Shown: in pieces, positions 15,236 to 26,760 of the stretch | Numbering within the stretch: position 1 is the first letter of the stretch | Layout: each line of letters starts with the position of its first letter | Source: an uncultured delta proteobacterium | GTDB lineage: Bacteria > Myxococcota_A > Polyangia > Fen-1088 | Assembly (NCBI GenBank): GCA_963767925.1 | Contig: CAVYGB010000013.1 | Span: 160,001-224,000, forward strand | DNA: 64,000 bases | Reading direction: 5' to 3' | Notes under the pieces: generated by a model | What the model was told of the DNA's origin: nothing | Databases searched by the model: none | What the model saw: the letters and a program-made list of their open reading frames with translations, nothing else | Translations under genes and position numbers: made by a program

Positions 15236-18200
15236 ATGAACTTAGCGAAGCCTCTCTCCGCGGCGCGGCCGCGACAGCTCCACGTTTGCCTCGCAGCGCT
15301 CGCGCTTGTCGCCGCGGCCTGCTCCGGCAAGTCGGGCGCCCGACCGACGGCGCGCTCGGACGGCGGCGCTGACGCGCGCGACGGCATGGGCGCCGTGGCG
15401 GGCGACGCCCGGATCGGTGACGCCGGCGCGGGCGACGCGTACGTTCGCCCCATCGTCGGATCCTGCGAGACCGTCCCGGTCACGAAGAAGGCCCGGGGAG
15501 AGGTCTGTAGCTGCCACGACGAGTGTCTCACCGGCAACTGTGTCGACGGGGTCTGCTGCAGCAGCGCCTGCAGCGGACCGTGCTTGGCCTGCAACCTGGC
15601 GGGCACGGCCGGCCAGTGCACGCCGGTGCCCGACGGGCTGCCGCCGGTCATCCCCACCCAGTGCCCGCGCGAGCCGGTGGCGAGCTGCGGGCTCGACGGC
15701 CTGTGCAACGGCCGCGGCGGGTGTCGCCGTTTTCCCGATGGCACCGCCTGCGAGCCCGGCACCTGCCAGGGCAACTCGCTGGTGGGGGCCAAGCAGTGCA
15801 GCGCCGGAAAGTGCGCCGCCCCGGTCATCGTGACCTGCTCGCCCTACGGCTGCGACGCCGGCGCCAACCGCTGTCACGACCGCTGCACGGACGGCAGCGC
15901 CTGCGCCGGAGGGGCCTGCCAGGCCGGGAGCTGCGGCAAGAAGGCGGCGGGCGCCACCTGCCAGGCGGCGGCCGAGTGCGAGTCGGGCTTCTGCACCGAC
16001 GGGGTCTGCTGCAACAGCGCCTGCAGCGGCCCCTGCGTGAGCTGCCGCGAGCCCGGGCGCTTCGGCCAGTGCGCGCCGGTGTCGGCGGGCCACATCGATC
16101 CCCACGGCCAGTGCCAGCGGCAGGGCCCCGAGACCTGCGGTCAGACCGGCGTCTGCAACGGAGAGGGCGGCTGCGCTCGCCACGCCTCGGGCACCCGCTG
16201 TCGCCCCGGCTCCTGCTCGGGCGCCAGCTTCGTGCCGCCGAGCGTTTGCGACGGCGTCGGCTCCTGCGTCCCGAGCGCGCCGATAAGCTGCGCGCCCTTC
16301 ATGTGTGCCCTGGGGGCTTGCCGGGGGACCTGCGGCACCAACGCCGACTGCATCCCGCCCAACTCCTGCCAGGGGGGGAGCTGCGGCAAGAGGGGGCTGG
16401 GCCAGCGCTGCGAGGGGAGCAGCGAGTGCCAGTCCAACCAGTGTGTCGACGGCGTCTGTTGCGACTCGGCCTGCGGGGGCAAGTGCGTCTACTGCGCCCT
16501 GCCCGAGGCGCTGGGCCGCTGCGTGAACGTCCCCGCCGGGGTGAACGACCCGCGCGCCGCCGCCGGCGTCAGCGAGCCTTCGCGCATCTGCGTCGACGAG
16601 GGGGTCGAGGCCTGCGGCAGCAACGGCCGCTGCGACGGGCAGGGCGGCTGCCAGACCTACCCCAACGGATCGATCTGCCAGCCGGAGAGCTGCGACCCGG
16701 GGGCCAACCGCTTCGCGGTGGGGACCTGCCGCAACGGGGCCTGCACCGTCGCCTCCCGGAGCTGCGCGCCCAACCGCTGCAACGGCAGCCGCTGCGGCCA
16801 GCGCTGCGCCGAGGACCCCCAGTGCGCCACGCCCAACGTCTGTCTGCGCGGCTCCTGCGGCAAGAAGCCCAACGGCGAGCCCTGCTCGGAGAGCACGGCC
16901 AGCGAGTGCGCCTCGGGGATCTGCGCCCAGGGGGTCTGCTGCGCGGGCGCCTGCGGCGGCTCCTGCGTCTCCTGCGCCTTGCCCCAGTCGGCGGGGGTCT
17001 GCTCGCCGGTGCCGGCCGGGCAGGCCGACCCGGCCCGGGCCTGCACCGACGCGGGGGCCTCGACCTGCAAGGGCGACGGGCTGTGCGACGGGCGGGGCAA
17101 GTGCCGCCTGTACGGGGAGGGGACCATCTGCGCCGCCGCGACCTGCGGCAGCGGGGTGGCCCGCCGGGTCTCGCGCTGCGATGGCGAGGGGGCCTGCGTC
17201 CCTGGCGCCACCGAGGCCTGCGCCCCCATCGTTGTCTGCGATCAGCCGGGGGTGGCCTGCGAGAAGACCTGCACCTCCGACAGCCAGTGCGTCTCGGGCA
17301 GCCGCTGCTTCGAGGGGCGCTGCGGGCTGCTCGAGAACGGCAAGGCCTGCACCGGCAGCGGCGACTGCAAGTCGGGCTTCTGCGTGGACGGGGTGTGCTG
17401 CGATCGGGCCTGCGGCGGCAACAACCAGAACGACTGCCTGGCCTGCGCCCGCGACGCCGGGGCCACCGCCGACGGCAAGTGCGGCGCGCGCGGCGGCGGC
17501 ACCCGCTGCAGCGACGGCAACGCCTGCACCGAGAACGACGCCTGCTCGGGCGAGACCTGCGCGGGGGTGACGGTTGTCTGCACCGCCAAGAGCCGGTGCC
17601 ACGACGCCGGCACCTGCGACCCGGTGACCGGTCGCTGCACGACGCCCGCCCGCAGCAACGGCGCGCCTTGCGACGACGCCAACTCCTGCACCAGCGCCGA
17701 TAGCTGCAGCGGCGGGGCCTGCGGCGGCGTGGCGGTGGTCTGCCCGGCGGGGGGCCAGTGTGCGGTGTCGGCCTGCGATCCCGCGACCGGCATGTGCGCC
17801 AGCCAGCCTCGCGCCGACGGGACCACCTGCAGCGACGACAGCCGCTGCACCCGGGCCGACACCTGCCAGCGGGGACAATGTGTGGGCAGCGATCCGGTCG
17901 TGTGCCAGGCGGGGGCCTGCCACGAGGCGGGGGTCTGCGAGGCGGCCACCGGCGTCTGCACCCGACCGGTGCGGGCGGATGGGACCCTGTGCGAAGACGG
18001 CAACCGCTGCACGCTCGAAGATCGCTGCGCGGGCGGGGCCTGCCTGGCGGGGCCGCCGAAGTCCTGCGCCAGCGCCGGCGTCTGCCAGACCGCCGGGAGC
18101 TGCGATCCCGCCGACGGCCAGTGCAAGGGGGGGACCGCCCGGCCCGACGACAGCCCCTGCGACGACGACAACCTGTGCACCACCGCCGATCGCTGCCGGG

Positions 18201-18991
18201 GAGGCCTGTGCGCCGGAGCGAGCGTGAGCTGCCCGGGGGCCACCCCCTGCCGGGTCGCCTCGACCTGCAACCCGCTCACCGGGATCTGCGCTCCGGGGGC
18301 GCCCCGGAACCCGGGGACGGCCTGCGACGACGCCACCCGCTGCACCCAGGACGACGTCTGCCGCAGCGACGGCGAATGCCGGGGCGACCCGGTGTCGTGC
18401 CCGCCCGCCACCGCCTGCCTGGCCGCCTCGGCCTGCAACCTCGAGAGCGGGGTGTGCGCCGAGCGGGCCCCGCTCAACGAAGGCGGCGCCTGCGATGACG
18501 GCAGCTCCTGCTCCGAGGGGGACGTCTGCCGGCAGGGCACGTGTGTCGGTCGGGCCAAGACCTGCACCTCCAGCAACGTCTGCGTGGGCCCGGGGGCCTG
18601 CGATCAGGCCAGCGGCCTGTGCACGGTGGGCAGCTTCCTCGACGGCACGAGCTGCAGCGATGGCAACGCCTGCACCGACGACGATAGCTGCTCGGGGGGG
18701 AGCTGCCGGGGAAGTCCCCGCTCCTGCCCGGCCACCGTCTGCCACGCCCCGGGGAGCTGCAACCCCGCCACCGGCCAGTGCTCGGGGGGCGTCCCCCTCA
18801 GCGGGGCCGAGTGCGACGACAACGACGCCTGCACCACCACCTCCCTCTGTCAGGCGGGGGTCTGCCTGGGGACCGCCCCCAAGGACTGCAGCGACAGCGA
18901 TCCCTGCACGCTGGACGCCTGCGCCGCGGGCGGCTGCGTGCACACGCCCATCGCCGGCTGCCTGCCCGACGCCGGCGCCGATGGGCCCTGA
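15236..18991 (+). CDS. Large Cys-rich repeat lipoprotein
   Basis: Lipobox-like ALVAAAC; four CxxGxCVDGVCCxxAC-type modules, then many CDDxNxCTxxDxC repeats. Confidence 0.85.
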   Translation: MNLAKPLSAARPRQLHVCLAALALVAAACSGKSGARPTARSDGGADARDGMGAVAGDARIGDAGAGDAYVRPIVGSCETVPVTKKARGEVCSCHDECLTGNCVDGVCCSSACSGPCLACNLAGTAGQCTPVPDGLPPVIPTQCPREPVASCGLDGLCNGRGGCRRFPDGTACEPGTCQGNSLVGAKQCSAGKCAAPVIVTCSPYGCDAGANRCHDRCTDGSACAGGACQAGSCGKKAAGATCQAAAECESGFCTDGVCCNSACSGPCVSCREPGRFGQCAPVSAGHIDPHGQCQRQGPETCGQTGVCNGEGGCARHASGTRCRPGSCSGASFVPPSVCDGVGSCVPSAPISCAPFMCALGACRGTCGTNADCIPPNSCQGGSCGKRGLGQRCEGSSECQSNQCVDGVCCDSACGGKCVYCALPEALGRCVNVPAGVNDPRAAAGVSEPSRICVDEGVEACGSNGRCDGQGGCQTYPNGSICQPESCDPGANRFAVGTCRNGACTVASRSCAPNRCNGSRCGQRCAEDPQCATPNVCLRGSCGKKPNGEPCSESTASECASGICAQGVCCAGACGGSCVSCALPQSAGVCSPVPAGQADPARACTDAGASTCKGDGLCDGRGKCRLYGEGTICAAATCGSGVARRVSRCDGEGACVPGATEACAPIVVCDQPGVACEKTCTSDSQCVSGSRCFEGRCGLLENGKACTGSGDCKSGFCVDGVCCDRACGGNNQNDCLACARDAGATADGKCGARGGGTRCSDGNACTENDACSGETCAGVTVVCTAKSRCHDAGTCDPVTGRCTTPARSNGAPCDDANSCTSADSCSGGACGGVAVVCPAGGQCAVSACDPATGMCASQPRADGTTCSDDSRCTRADTCQRGQCVGSDPVVCQAGACHEAGVCEAATGVCTRPVRADGTLCEDGNRCTLEDRCAGGACLAGPPKSCASAGVCQTAGSCDPADGQCKGGTARPDDSPCDDDNLCTTADRCRGGLCAGASVSCPGATPCRVASTCNPLTGICAPGAPRNPGTACDDATRCTQDDVCRSDGECRGDPVSCPPATACLAASACNLESGVCAERAPLNEGGACDDGSSCSEGDVCRQGTCVGRAKTCTSSNVCVGPGACDQASGLCTVGSFLDGTSCSDGNACTDDDSCSGGSCRGSPRSCPATVCHAPGSCNPATGQCSGGVPLSGAECDDNDACTTTSLCQAGVCLGTAPKDCSDSDPCTLDACAAGGCVHTPIAGCLPDAGADGP

Positions 18992-20198
18992 GGACCGCGA
19001 CGAGATCCGGGTCGAGATCACCGGCCTGGCCCACGGAGGAGACGCGGTCGGCCGCCAGCAGGGTGGGGCGGCGGACGGGCGCGTGACCTTCGTGCCGCTC
19101 GCCGCGCCCGGCGAACGGGTGCGGGCCCGGATCGTGCGCGCCCAGCCCCGGGTGGCCTGGGCCGAGCTGCTGGAGATCGAGCGCCCGGGACCGGGGCGGG
19201 TCGCGCCCCCCTGTCCCCTGTTCGGCCGCTGCGGCGGCTGCCAGTGGCAACACGTCGGCGCCGAGGAGCAGCGCCTGGCCAAGGGCGCCGCCGTCTCCTG
19301 GGCCCTCGGCATCGAGGTGGGCGCGGCGCGCGCGGTGGGCCCTCCCTACGGCTACCGCGAGCGGGCCCGGCTCACCGTGGGGCGAGGCTCGGCGATCGGG
19401 TTCCGGGCGCGTCGCTCGCACGAGGTGATCGACGTGCCCGCTTGCCCCTTGCTCGCCCCCAGCCTGGCCCGGGCCCTCCCGCTCGTGCGCGAGCGGGCGG
19501 CCGGGGCCCGCCCCGGCGAGCAGGTGTCGATCCAGGGCGGTCGGGAGGGCGAGGTGGTTTGGCGGCTCGGTCCCCGCGCCTGGCGGCTGGATCCCGGAGG
19601 GAGCGGCGAGGCCACCCGTCCGCGGGAGATCGATGGCAGCGACCCGGCGCTCTGGCCCGACGTCGCCGAGCCGGGTGGGACCGCGCTGCGGGTGCCGCCG
19701 GGCGGCTTCTCCCAGGTCGGCGGGGCGGCCAACGCCGCCCTGGTGGCGGCGGCGCTGGAGGCGGTGGGCCCCGATCCCGGCCGCCTGCTCGAGCTGCACG
19801 CCGGGTCGGGCAACTTCACCCGCGCCCTGGTTGGCCGCACCCCCACGGTGATCGCCAGCGACGGCGACCGGGCGGCGGTCGCCCGCGGCCGGCGCAACGT
19901 CCCCGCCGCCCGCTGGTACCCGGAGGCGGAGCTGCCCGCCGAGCCGGTCGACACCGCCCTGGTCGATCCGCCCCGCGAGGGGCTCGAGGCCGGCAGCCTG
20001 GCCCGGGCGGCCGCCGCTGGCCGCCGCCTGGTGTACGTCTCCTGCGATCCCCAGACCCTCGCCCGCGACAGCAAGCGCTTGCAGGCCCGGGGCTGGCGGC
20101 TGCAGGGGGCGCTCGCCCTCGACCTCATGCCCCAGACCCACCACGTGGAGGTGGTGGCGGTGTATGTGGCCGATCCTGCGCGGGCGCCGTCGGTGTGA
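18981..20198 (+). CDS. TRAM-domain class I SAM-dependent RNA m5U methyltransferase (RlmD/TrmA family)
   Basis: ITGLAHGGDAVGR, CPLFGRCGGCQWQH, FSQV, LELHAGSGNF, DPPREG, YVSCDPQTLARD, PQTHHVE. Confidence 0.9.
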   Translation: MGPEDRDEIRVEITGLAHGGDAVGRQQGGAADGRVTFVPLAAPGERVRARIVRAQPRVAWAELLEIERPGPGRVAPPCPLFGRCGGCQWQHVGAEEQRLAKGAAVSWALGIEVGAARAVGPPYGYRERARLTVGRGSAIGFRARRSHEVIDVPACPLLAPSLARALPLVRERAAGARPGEQVSIQGGREGEVVWRLGPRAWRLDPGGSGEATRPREIDGSDPALWPDVAEPGGTALRVPPGGFSQVGGAANAALVAAALEAVGPDPGRLLELHAGSGNFTRALVGRTPTVIASDGDRAAVARGRRNVPAARWYPEAELPAEPVDTALVDPPREGLEAGSLARAAAAGRRLVYVSCDPQTLARDSKRLQARGWRLQGALALDLMPQTHHVEVVAVYVADPARAPSV

Positions 20199-20275
20199 GC
20201 CCAGCCGGGCCGGCTCTTTTTCGCCGCGCGCAGCGTTTCGTTGCTCCGGCGCGGATCGTTTCGAATGCTTGGGAG

Positions 20276-20890
20276 GTGCGGGCTAACGGACGTCGGGGTC
20301 GACAGGCTGGGTTTTCACTCATCGAGATGCTGATCGTCGTGGCGATCATCGGGGTCCTCGCGGCCCTCGCCACCGTGGGTTACAAGCGCTACATCGGGCG
20401 CGCCCGGGTCAGCGAGGCGATCACCTTGATTGCGGAGATGGCCAGCAAGCAGCAGATCTACTTCCTCGAGTTCGGCAGCTACTTGCCCCTGCGCGCCGAC
20501 AACATGACGATCCCCAGTCCCAACGAGGACGCCACCGGCTTTTACCCGACCGACCCCACCACCAGCACCTTCTCGTCCGCGCGCACGGCGACCTCGATCG
20601 CCAACCCCACCGGCTGGCCCGCCGCCTGGCGGGCGGTGGGGCTGCGCCCGCGCCTGCAGAGCCTGTATTGCACCTACATGCTCAACGTCGGCCGGGCCGG
20701 CGACGCGGCACCCGCCTCCTCGACCTACGGCCCCGCCTTGCTCGGAACCATCGCTGCCGCCAGCCCGCCCTGGTTCTACACGCTGGCGGCCTGCAACCTG
20801 AACGGCGCCACCGGCTGGCCCAGCAACGTCATGGTGCTGGGCATGAGCAGCAACGCCTCGGCGCTGCGCACCTTCAACGACGGGCAGTGA
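20276..20890 (+). CDS. Type IV prepilin-like protein
   Basis: QAG|FSLIEMLIVVAIIGVLAALA N-methylation motif; two Cys in the C-terminal part; start approximate. Confidence 0.88.
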   Translation: MRANGRRGRQAGFSLIEMLIVVAIIGVLAALATVGYKRYIGRARVSEAITLIAEMASKQQIYFLEFGSYLPLRADNMTIPSPNEDATGFYPTDPTTSTFSSARTATSIANPTGWPAAWRAVGLRPRLQSLYCTYMLNVGRAGDAAPASSTYGPALLGTIAAASPPWFYTLAACNLNGATGWPSNVMVLGMSSNASALRTFNDGQ

Positions 20891-20903
20891 GCGCCCGCGC
20901 CAC

Positions 20904-21512
20904 CTACATGGTGGTGACGCAGCGACCGTTCATGCAGGCCCGGTTGGGCGGCTCGCAGTAGTTGCCGTTGCAGCACAGCTCCCCGGTGTTGCCGCAGGTC
21001 TCGCAGCGGGCTCCGGCGTCGGTGCGCAGGCAGACCGTGAGCTCGCGGGCGCAATAGCCCCCGTCGGCGCCCTGGCAGCAGCTCTCGCGCAGGCCGCCGC
21101 AGATGCTGCCGCAGGTGGTGGTCAGGCAGCTCGCCGCGACGCCCTTGCACATGTCGAAGGCGGCGGTGCAGGTGCCGTCGGTGCAGCAGCCGTTGCTGTT
21201 GCAGCGGTTGCCGGGGCAGCACTTCTGGTCGGGGGCCCCGCAGGCCTCCCCCGCTTCGACCAGGCTGGCGTCGCCGGGCCGGTCGGTCACCCGGCTGTCG
21301 TTGGGGTCCTGGCCATTCGCGTCAACGGGCGGCGGATTCGAGGAGTCGTTGCTCCCGCCGACGCCACCCCGGCCTCCGGTTCCTCCGCTTCCGCCGATCC
21401 CGGCCAGCGGGCCGGCGTCGACGGGCGGTCGGACGTATTTGCGGCAGGCGGGCAGCGGTGCGGCCAGGACGGCCAGCAGGGCCGCAGCGGGAAGCCATCT
21501 CGCTAAGTGCAT
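20904..21512 (-). CDS. Cys-rich putative lipoprotein
   Basis: Signal peptide ending PLPAC, Gly-rich linker, three CGxxxxxCC modules. Confidence 0.75.
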   Translation of the reverse strand: MHLARWLPAAALLAVLAAPLPACRKYVRPPVDAGPLAGIGGSGGTGGRGGVGGSNDSSNPPPVDANGQDPNDSRVTDRPGDASLVEAGEACGAPDQKCCPGNRCNSNGCCTDGTCTAAFDMCKGVAASCLTTTCGSICGGLRESCCQGADGGYCARELTVCLRTDAGARCETCGNTGELCCNGNYCEPPNRACMNGRCVTTM

Positions 21513-21706
21513 GTTTTGTCTAACCCTCGATGTCCTACTACGCGTGGCAAGCGCCCCGGCTGCCCCGGACGAAGCCTCATACTACTTCACTACTGGCTTG
21601 CCTACCGACTTGTGCGCAAACCCGGCCCCGCCGACGCCGGCCAGCGACGCCCATCACGCCGCCCAGCTCGTTTCCGCCGGCGGTGGCGCCATATAAACTG
21701 CGCTGC

Positions 21707-22926
21707 GTGCCAGACCCAGCCAGCCAGGAGACAGCCAGCCAGGACCGCGTCCTCGTCACCGTGACCGGACGGGATCGCCCCGGCGTGACCGCCATGTTGA
21801 GCGAGCATCCTCGTCCAGAAGGGAGCGGTGCTCACCGACATCGAGCAGGTGGTCGTGCAGGGGCAGCTCACGCTGTGCCTCCTCGTCGATCTCCCTCGCT
21901 CCAGCGACGTGCTCAAGGAGCTGCTGTTCGCCGCCAAGCAGCTCGGCATGTCGCTCGACTTCAACCCGGTCAGCGACGAGCCAGCCGCCGGGCAGGTCGA
22001 TGTCTCCTCGAGCCAGCGCTACGTCATCACCGCCATCGCCCGCAGCCTGGGGGCCAGCCACATCCACGCCATCGCCTCCACCCTGGCGGGGGAGGGGGCC
22101 AACATCGAGAAGATCTCGCGCCTGTCCGAAGGGGCCCTCGCCTCGGTCGAGATCCACGCCACGTTGGCCCCCGGCGGCGATCCCGACCGGCTCAGGCGGG
22201 CCTTGCTGGGGGTGGCCACCCGCTCCTCGTTCGACGTGGCCCTGCAGCGCGAGGGGCTGTTTCGCCGCTCGAAGCGCCTCGTCGTGATGGACATGGACTC
22301 GACCCTCATCCGGATCGAGGTGATCGACGAGCTGGCCCGCGCCGCCGGCGTGCTACGAGCGGGTCGCCGCCATCACCGAGCAGGCCATGCAGGGGGAGAT
22401 GAACTACGACGAATCCCTGCGCCAGCGGGTGGCGCTGCTGGCCGGGCTCGAAGCGTCCGCCCTCGAGCGCATCGCCGCCGAGCTGCCCCTTGACCGAAGG
22501 GGCCGAGACCCTGGTGCGGGTGCTCAAGCGGCTCGGCTACCGGCTGGCCATCATCAGCGGTGGCTTCTCTCACGCCGCCGAGGCGCTCAAGCGCCGGCTG
22601 GGGATCGACTACGCCTTCTCCAACAACCTGGAGATCGAGGGCGGCAGCTGACCGGGCGCGTGCTGGGCCCCATCGTCAACGCCCACCGCAAGGCCGAGCT
22701 GGTGGAGATCATCGCCCAGCTCGAGGGGGTGGTGCTCGACCAGGTCGTGGCGGTGGGCGACGGGGCCAACGACATCTTCATGCTGGAGAAGGCCGGCCTG
22801 GGCATCGCCTTTCACGCCAAGACCAAGCTGCGCGAGGCGGCCGACACCTCCATCTCGGGCGCCGGCCTCGACGCCGTCCTGTACCTCCTCGGCATCACCG
22901 CCCGCGAGATCAAGGAGATCCGCTGA
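21707..22926 (+). CDS. serB: Phosphoserine phosphatase with ACT domains (frameshifted)
   Basis: [44 protein letters not shown] over several frames. Confidence 0.92.
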
Positions 22927-22949
22927 CGCCCGGTGCTCCCTGACCGCGT

Positions 22950-22980
22950 GACGTTCGGGTTCGACCGCAACCCGAACGTC
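22950..22980. terminator. Hairpin between convergent serB and nadB
   Basis: GACGTTCGGGTT / AACCCGAACGTC 12-bp perfect stem; no U-tract. Confidence 0.55.
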
Positions 22981-22990
22981 GCCCGGGCGC

Positions 22991-24584
22991 TCAGGCCATG
23001 GGGCCGTCGCCGCGGGCGAGGACGGTGTCCTGCTCGAGGCGGGGGTCGCGGTCGGGGTGGTCGAGGTTGAAGTGCAGGCCCCGGCTCTCCTGCCGGCGGC
23101 GGGCGCTGTGGATGATGAGGTCGGCCACCAGGGCGATGTTGCGCAGCTCGAGCAGGTCGTTGTTGACGAGGAAGTTCCAGTAGTACTCGCGGATCTCCTC
23201 GCGGATGAGGCTGATGCGCCGCTGCGCCCGCTCGAGCCGGGCGTCCGAGCGCACCACCCCCACGTAGTTCCACATGAGCCGCCGGATCTCGTCCCAGGTG
23301 TGGCTGACGATGACCGCCTCGTCGGGCAAGCTGGCCTCGCCCGGCGTACCAGGGGGCGACGTAGGGCGGCCGGCTCACCTGCGACGCCGCGGACGTCGTC
23401 GGCGGCCCGCGCGGCGTAGACCAGGGCCTCGAGCAGGGAGTTGGAGGCCAGCCGGCAGGCGCCGTGCAGCCCGGTCATCGACACCTCGCCGATGGCGTAC
23501 AGGTTGCGCACGCTGGTGCGTCCGGGCTCGTCGACCAGCACGCCCCCACAGCTGTAGTGGGCGGCCGGCACCACCGGGATCGGCTCTTTCGCCATGTCGA
23601 TGCCCAGCTCGAGACAACGGCGGTGGATGTTGGGGAAACGCTCGGCCAGGAAGGCGGCCGGCAGGTGGGTCATGTCGAGCACGACGTGGTCGTCGCCGGT
23701 GCGCTTCATCTCGGCGTCGATGGCCCGGGCCACGATGTCGCGGGGGGCGAGATCGCGCAGCTCGTGGTAGCGGGGCATGAAGGCCGATCCGTCGCGCAGC
23801 CGCAAGATGCCGCCCTCGCCGCGCAGGGCCTCGCTGATCAGGAAGGACTTGGCCTCCGGGTGATAGAGGCAGGTGGGGTGAAACTGGAAGAACTCCATGT
23901 TCGCCACCCGGGCGCCCACCCGGTAGGCCATCGCCACCCCGTCGCCGGTCGCCACGTCGGGGTTGGAGGTGTAGAGGTAGACCTTGCCCGCGCCGCCGGT
24001 GGCGATGATCACCGCCCGGGCGACGATGGTCTTCACCTCGCCGGTCTTCTGATCGAACACGTAGGCCCCGAACACGACGTTGGGCCCTCCGTATTTGGCG
24101 GTCGTGAGCAGGTCGATGGCCATGTGATCGCGCAGCACCGTGATGCGATCGCTGCGCTCCTGCGGTGCGGGCCAGCAGCGCGGTCAGGATCGCCTCGCCG
24201 GTCGTGTCGCGGGCGTGGACGATGCGGCGCGCGCTGTGCCCGCCCTCGCGGCCCAGCGCGAACTGTCCGTCGGCGTCGCGGTCGAACTGGACCCCGAGCT
24301 GGTTGGCCAGGTTGCAGGATGTGCTCGGGCCCCTCACGCACACAGCGTTCGACCACCTCGCGCTGGCACAGGCCATCGCCCACCTTCAGGGTGTCGTCGA
24401 TGTGCTGCTCGGGGCTGTCGTCGGGGCCGAGCACGCCCGCCACCCCGCCCTGGGCGTATTGGGTGTTGGCCTCGTTGGGGGCTCGCTTGGTCACCACCAC
24501 GACGCGGCCGTGTTCGGCCGCCCGCAGGGCGAAATACAGTCCCGCCAGGCCGGAGCCGAGGACGAGGTAGTCGGTTTCCTCCAC
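22991..24584 (-). CDS. nadB: L-aspartate oxidase (frameshifted)
   Basis: [66 protein letters not shown]. Confidence 0.93.
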
Positions 24585-24664
24585 GCGCCGAATCTACTCC
24601 AGGATCCAGGTCCAGGGCTGCGGCCTGCAGACCTGGTACGTGTTACGATCAGCGCTCTGTCGTG

Positions 24665-25561
24665 ATGCCCCGATCCGATCCCGCTCCTGTGCGCGCTGGC
24701 CGTGCTCTGCGCGGCCGTCCCGCGCAGGGGCGGCGGTCTGGAAACGCGTGCGCCCCGACGGCACCGAGGAGTTCACCAACATCCGCCCCACCGGCAAGGA
24801 GTGGAAGCGGGTCAAGGGGGCAGGCGGTCCCGAGCGCAGCAGCGCCCCGCCGGTGCGCGAGTCGGCGGGCAAGCTGCCCATGGCCGCCGCCGCGGCCTCC
24901 AGCACCCGCACCGGCAGCACCATCTGGGGCCGGGAGAACGAGGACGGCACCCTCGAGTTCACCAACCTGAGCCCGGTGGGCTCGCGCTGGCGCGTCCTCT
25001 ACCGCACCGGCCCGGGCAAGGCCGCCTCGACCCGCGGTCCTTCCGACCTGGTGCCGCCGCGGGATCGCTCGAGCGCCCGCTTCTCGCCGCTACGACGAGC
25101 ACATCCGCGACCAGCAGGCGTTCTTCGGCATCCCCCAGGCCTTCGTGCGCGCGGTGATCAAGGTGGAGTCCGACTACGACCCCCGGGTCGTCTCCAGCGC
25201 CGGCTGCGTGGGGCTGATGCAGCTCATGCCGGAGACCGCGCGTCATATGGGCGTGACCGACATCTGGGATCCCCGCCAGAACATCATGGGCGGCTCGCGC
25301 TACCTGCAGGTGCTGGCCCGCCGGTTCTGCCGGACCCCGGCCCGGCAGGGCGCCCCCGGCTTCATGTGCTCCTCCGAGGAGCTGGTGCGGGTCATCGCCG
25401 GCTACCACGCCGGCCCCGGGGCGGTGGAAAAATACGGGGGCATGCCGCCCTACGAGACCACCCGGGCCTACGTGACCAACGTCTTGCAGCGGTACGAAGA
25501 GTACCGCCACCGCGAAGGGCAGAGCCGGGACGGCTCGACCCTCGCGGCGACCAAACCCTGA
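24665..25561 (+). CDS. Lytic transglycosylase (SLT) with duplicated DUF4124-like motifs (frameshifted)
   Basis: AVIKVESDYDP, GLMQLMP, AGYHAGPGAV, PPYETTRAYV; two DGTxEFTN motifs in the N-terminal part. Confidence 0.85.
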
Positions 25562-25578
25562 GGGTGGGAGCTGGCGCC

Positions 25579-26760
25579 GTGTCGTCGCTGACTTCGCCCG
25601 TGGCGTCCGGGGAGCTGCCCCGGCCGCCCGCCCCCGACGCCTCCGCCCGCATGCGCCGGGCCGGTCAGCTCGTCTCGGAGCGGCGGCTGGCCGAGGCGGA
25701 GGTCGAGATCCTGGAGGCGCTCGGGGAGGCGCCCGACGACCTGCGGGCCCACAAGCTGCTGGCCCTGGTTCGGTTCCGCCTGGGGCGGCTGGTCGACGCG
25801 CGGGCGTCGTACCAGAAGGTTGTCGAGGCGGCCCCCGAAGACGCCGCCGCCCGCCTCAACCTGGGGCTCATCGCCCTCAAGCTCGAGCGCTTCGAGGAGG
25901 CGACCGACGAGCTGGCTGGCCGCCGTCCGGCTGCGCCCGAGATGCCCGGACGCTCGCCTACCTCGGCCATGCCCAGGCCCGCCTGGGCCGCACCGGCGAG
26001 GCGGCGCGCGCCTTCCGGCAGGCGGGGCAGCCCGATCTGGCCGCGAGATCGAGACCCGGGCCAGCCCGCTCGACTCCCCCTTCGACGCGCAGGAGGCACC
26101 GGCGCCCGATAGCCGCCCCGCGGCCGGCCAGCCGCTCACCGGGTTCGTGCACGCCCGGCTGCTCGACATCGCCGCCCCGGCCAGCCCGTCGGACGGGATC
26201 TACCGGATGGCGCTGGACCCCGACGCCGACACGAAGCCCCCCGCCCAGGCCTTCGTGCAGGCCGACCGGCTGCTCGTCGCGGTGGGGGCGGTGGCGGTGG
26301 AGCCCGCCCGCCGGCGCCAGCGCGGGCAGCAGACCGAGGCCCCCCTGGGCGGGACCGACGGCCCTTTCCTGTTTTGCCGGGGCCGGGGCGAGCTCTGGCT
26401 GACCCCCGCGGGCCCGCCCGGCAGCCTCGACGCCCTCGACCTGGAGGAGGACGTGCTGTTCGTGCGCGAGTCCTCGGTGCTGGCCTTCTCCGGCGAGCTG
26501 GTCTGGGAGTCGGGGGCCATCCCCCGCTCGGACGTGCGCCTGTTGCACCTGCACGGCAGCGGGCGGGTGATCGTCGACTGGTCGGCCCGCGACGTGGTGG
26601 CCCTGCGCCTGGTCGAGGGAAGACCCCTCGACCGTGTCGGCCGAGCGCCTGTGCGGCTGGATCGGACATGTGGTCGTGAGCCTCACCGGGGACAGCGTCC
26701 CGGGGCCTCTGGTCGCCTGCGAGGGCGAAGGGGTGCTATTGATCGCCCGCAATGGGCAAG
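25579..26760 (+). CDS. TPR + AIM24-like domain protein (frameshifted, end approximate)
   Basis: TPR-like helices (LLALVRFRLG, ARLNLGLIALKL); C-terminal GRGELWL, LFVRESSVLAF, GSGRV. Confidence 0.6.
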
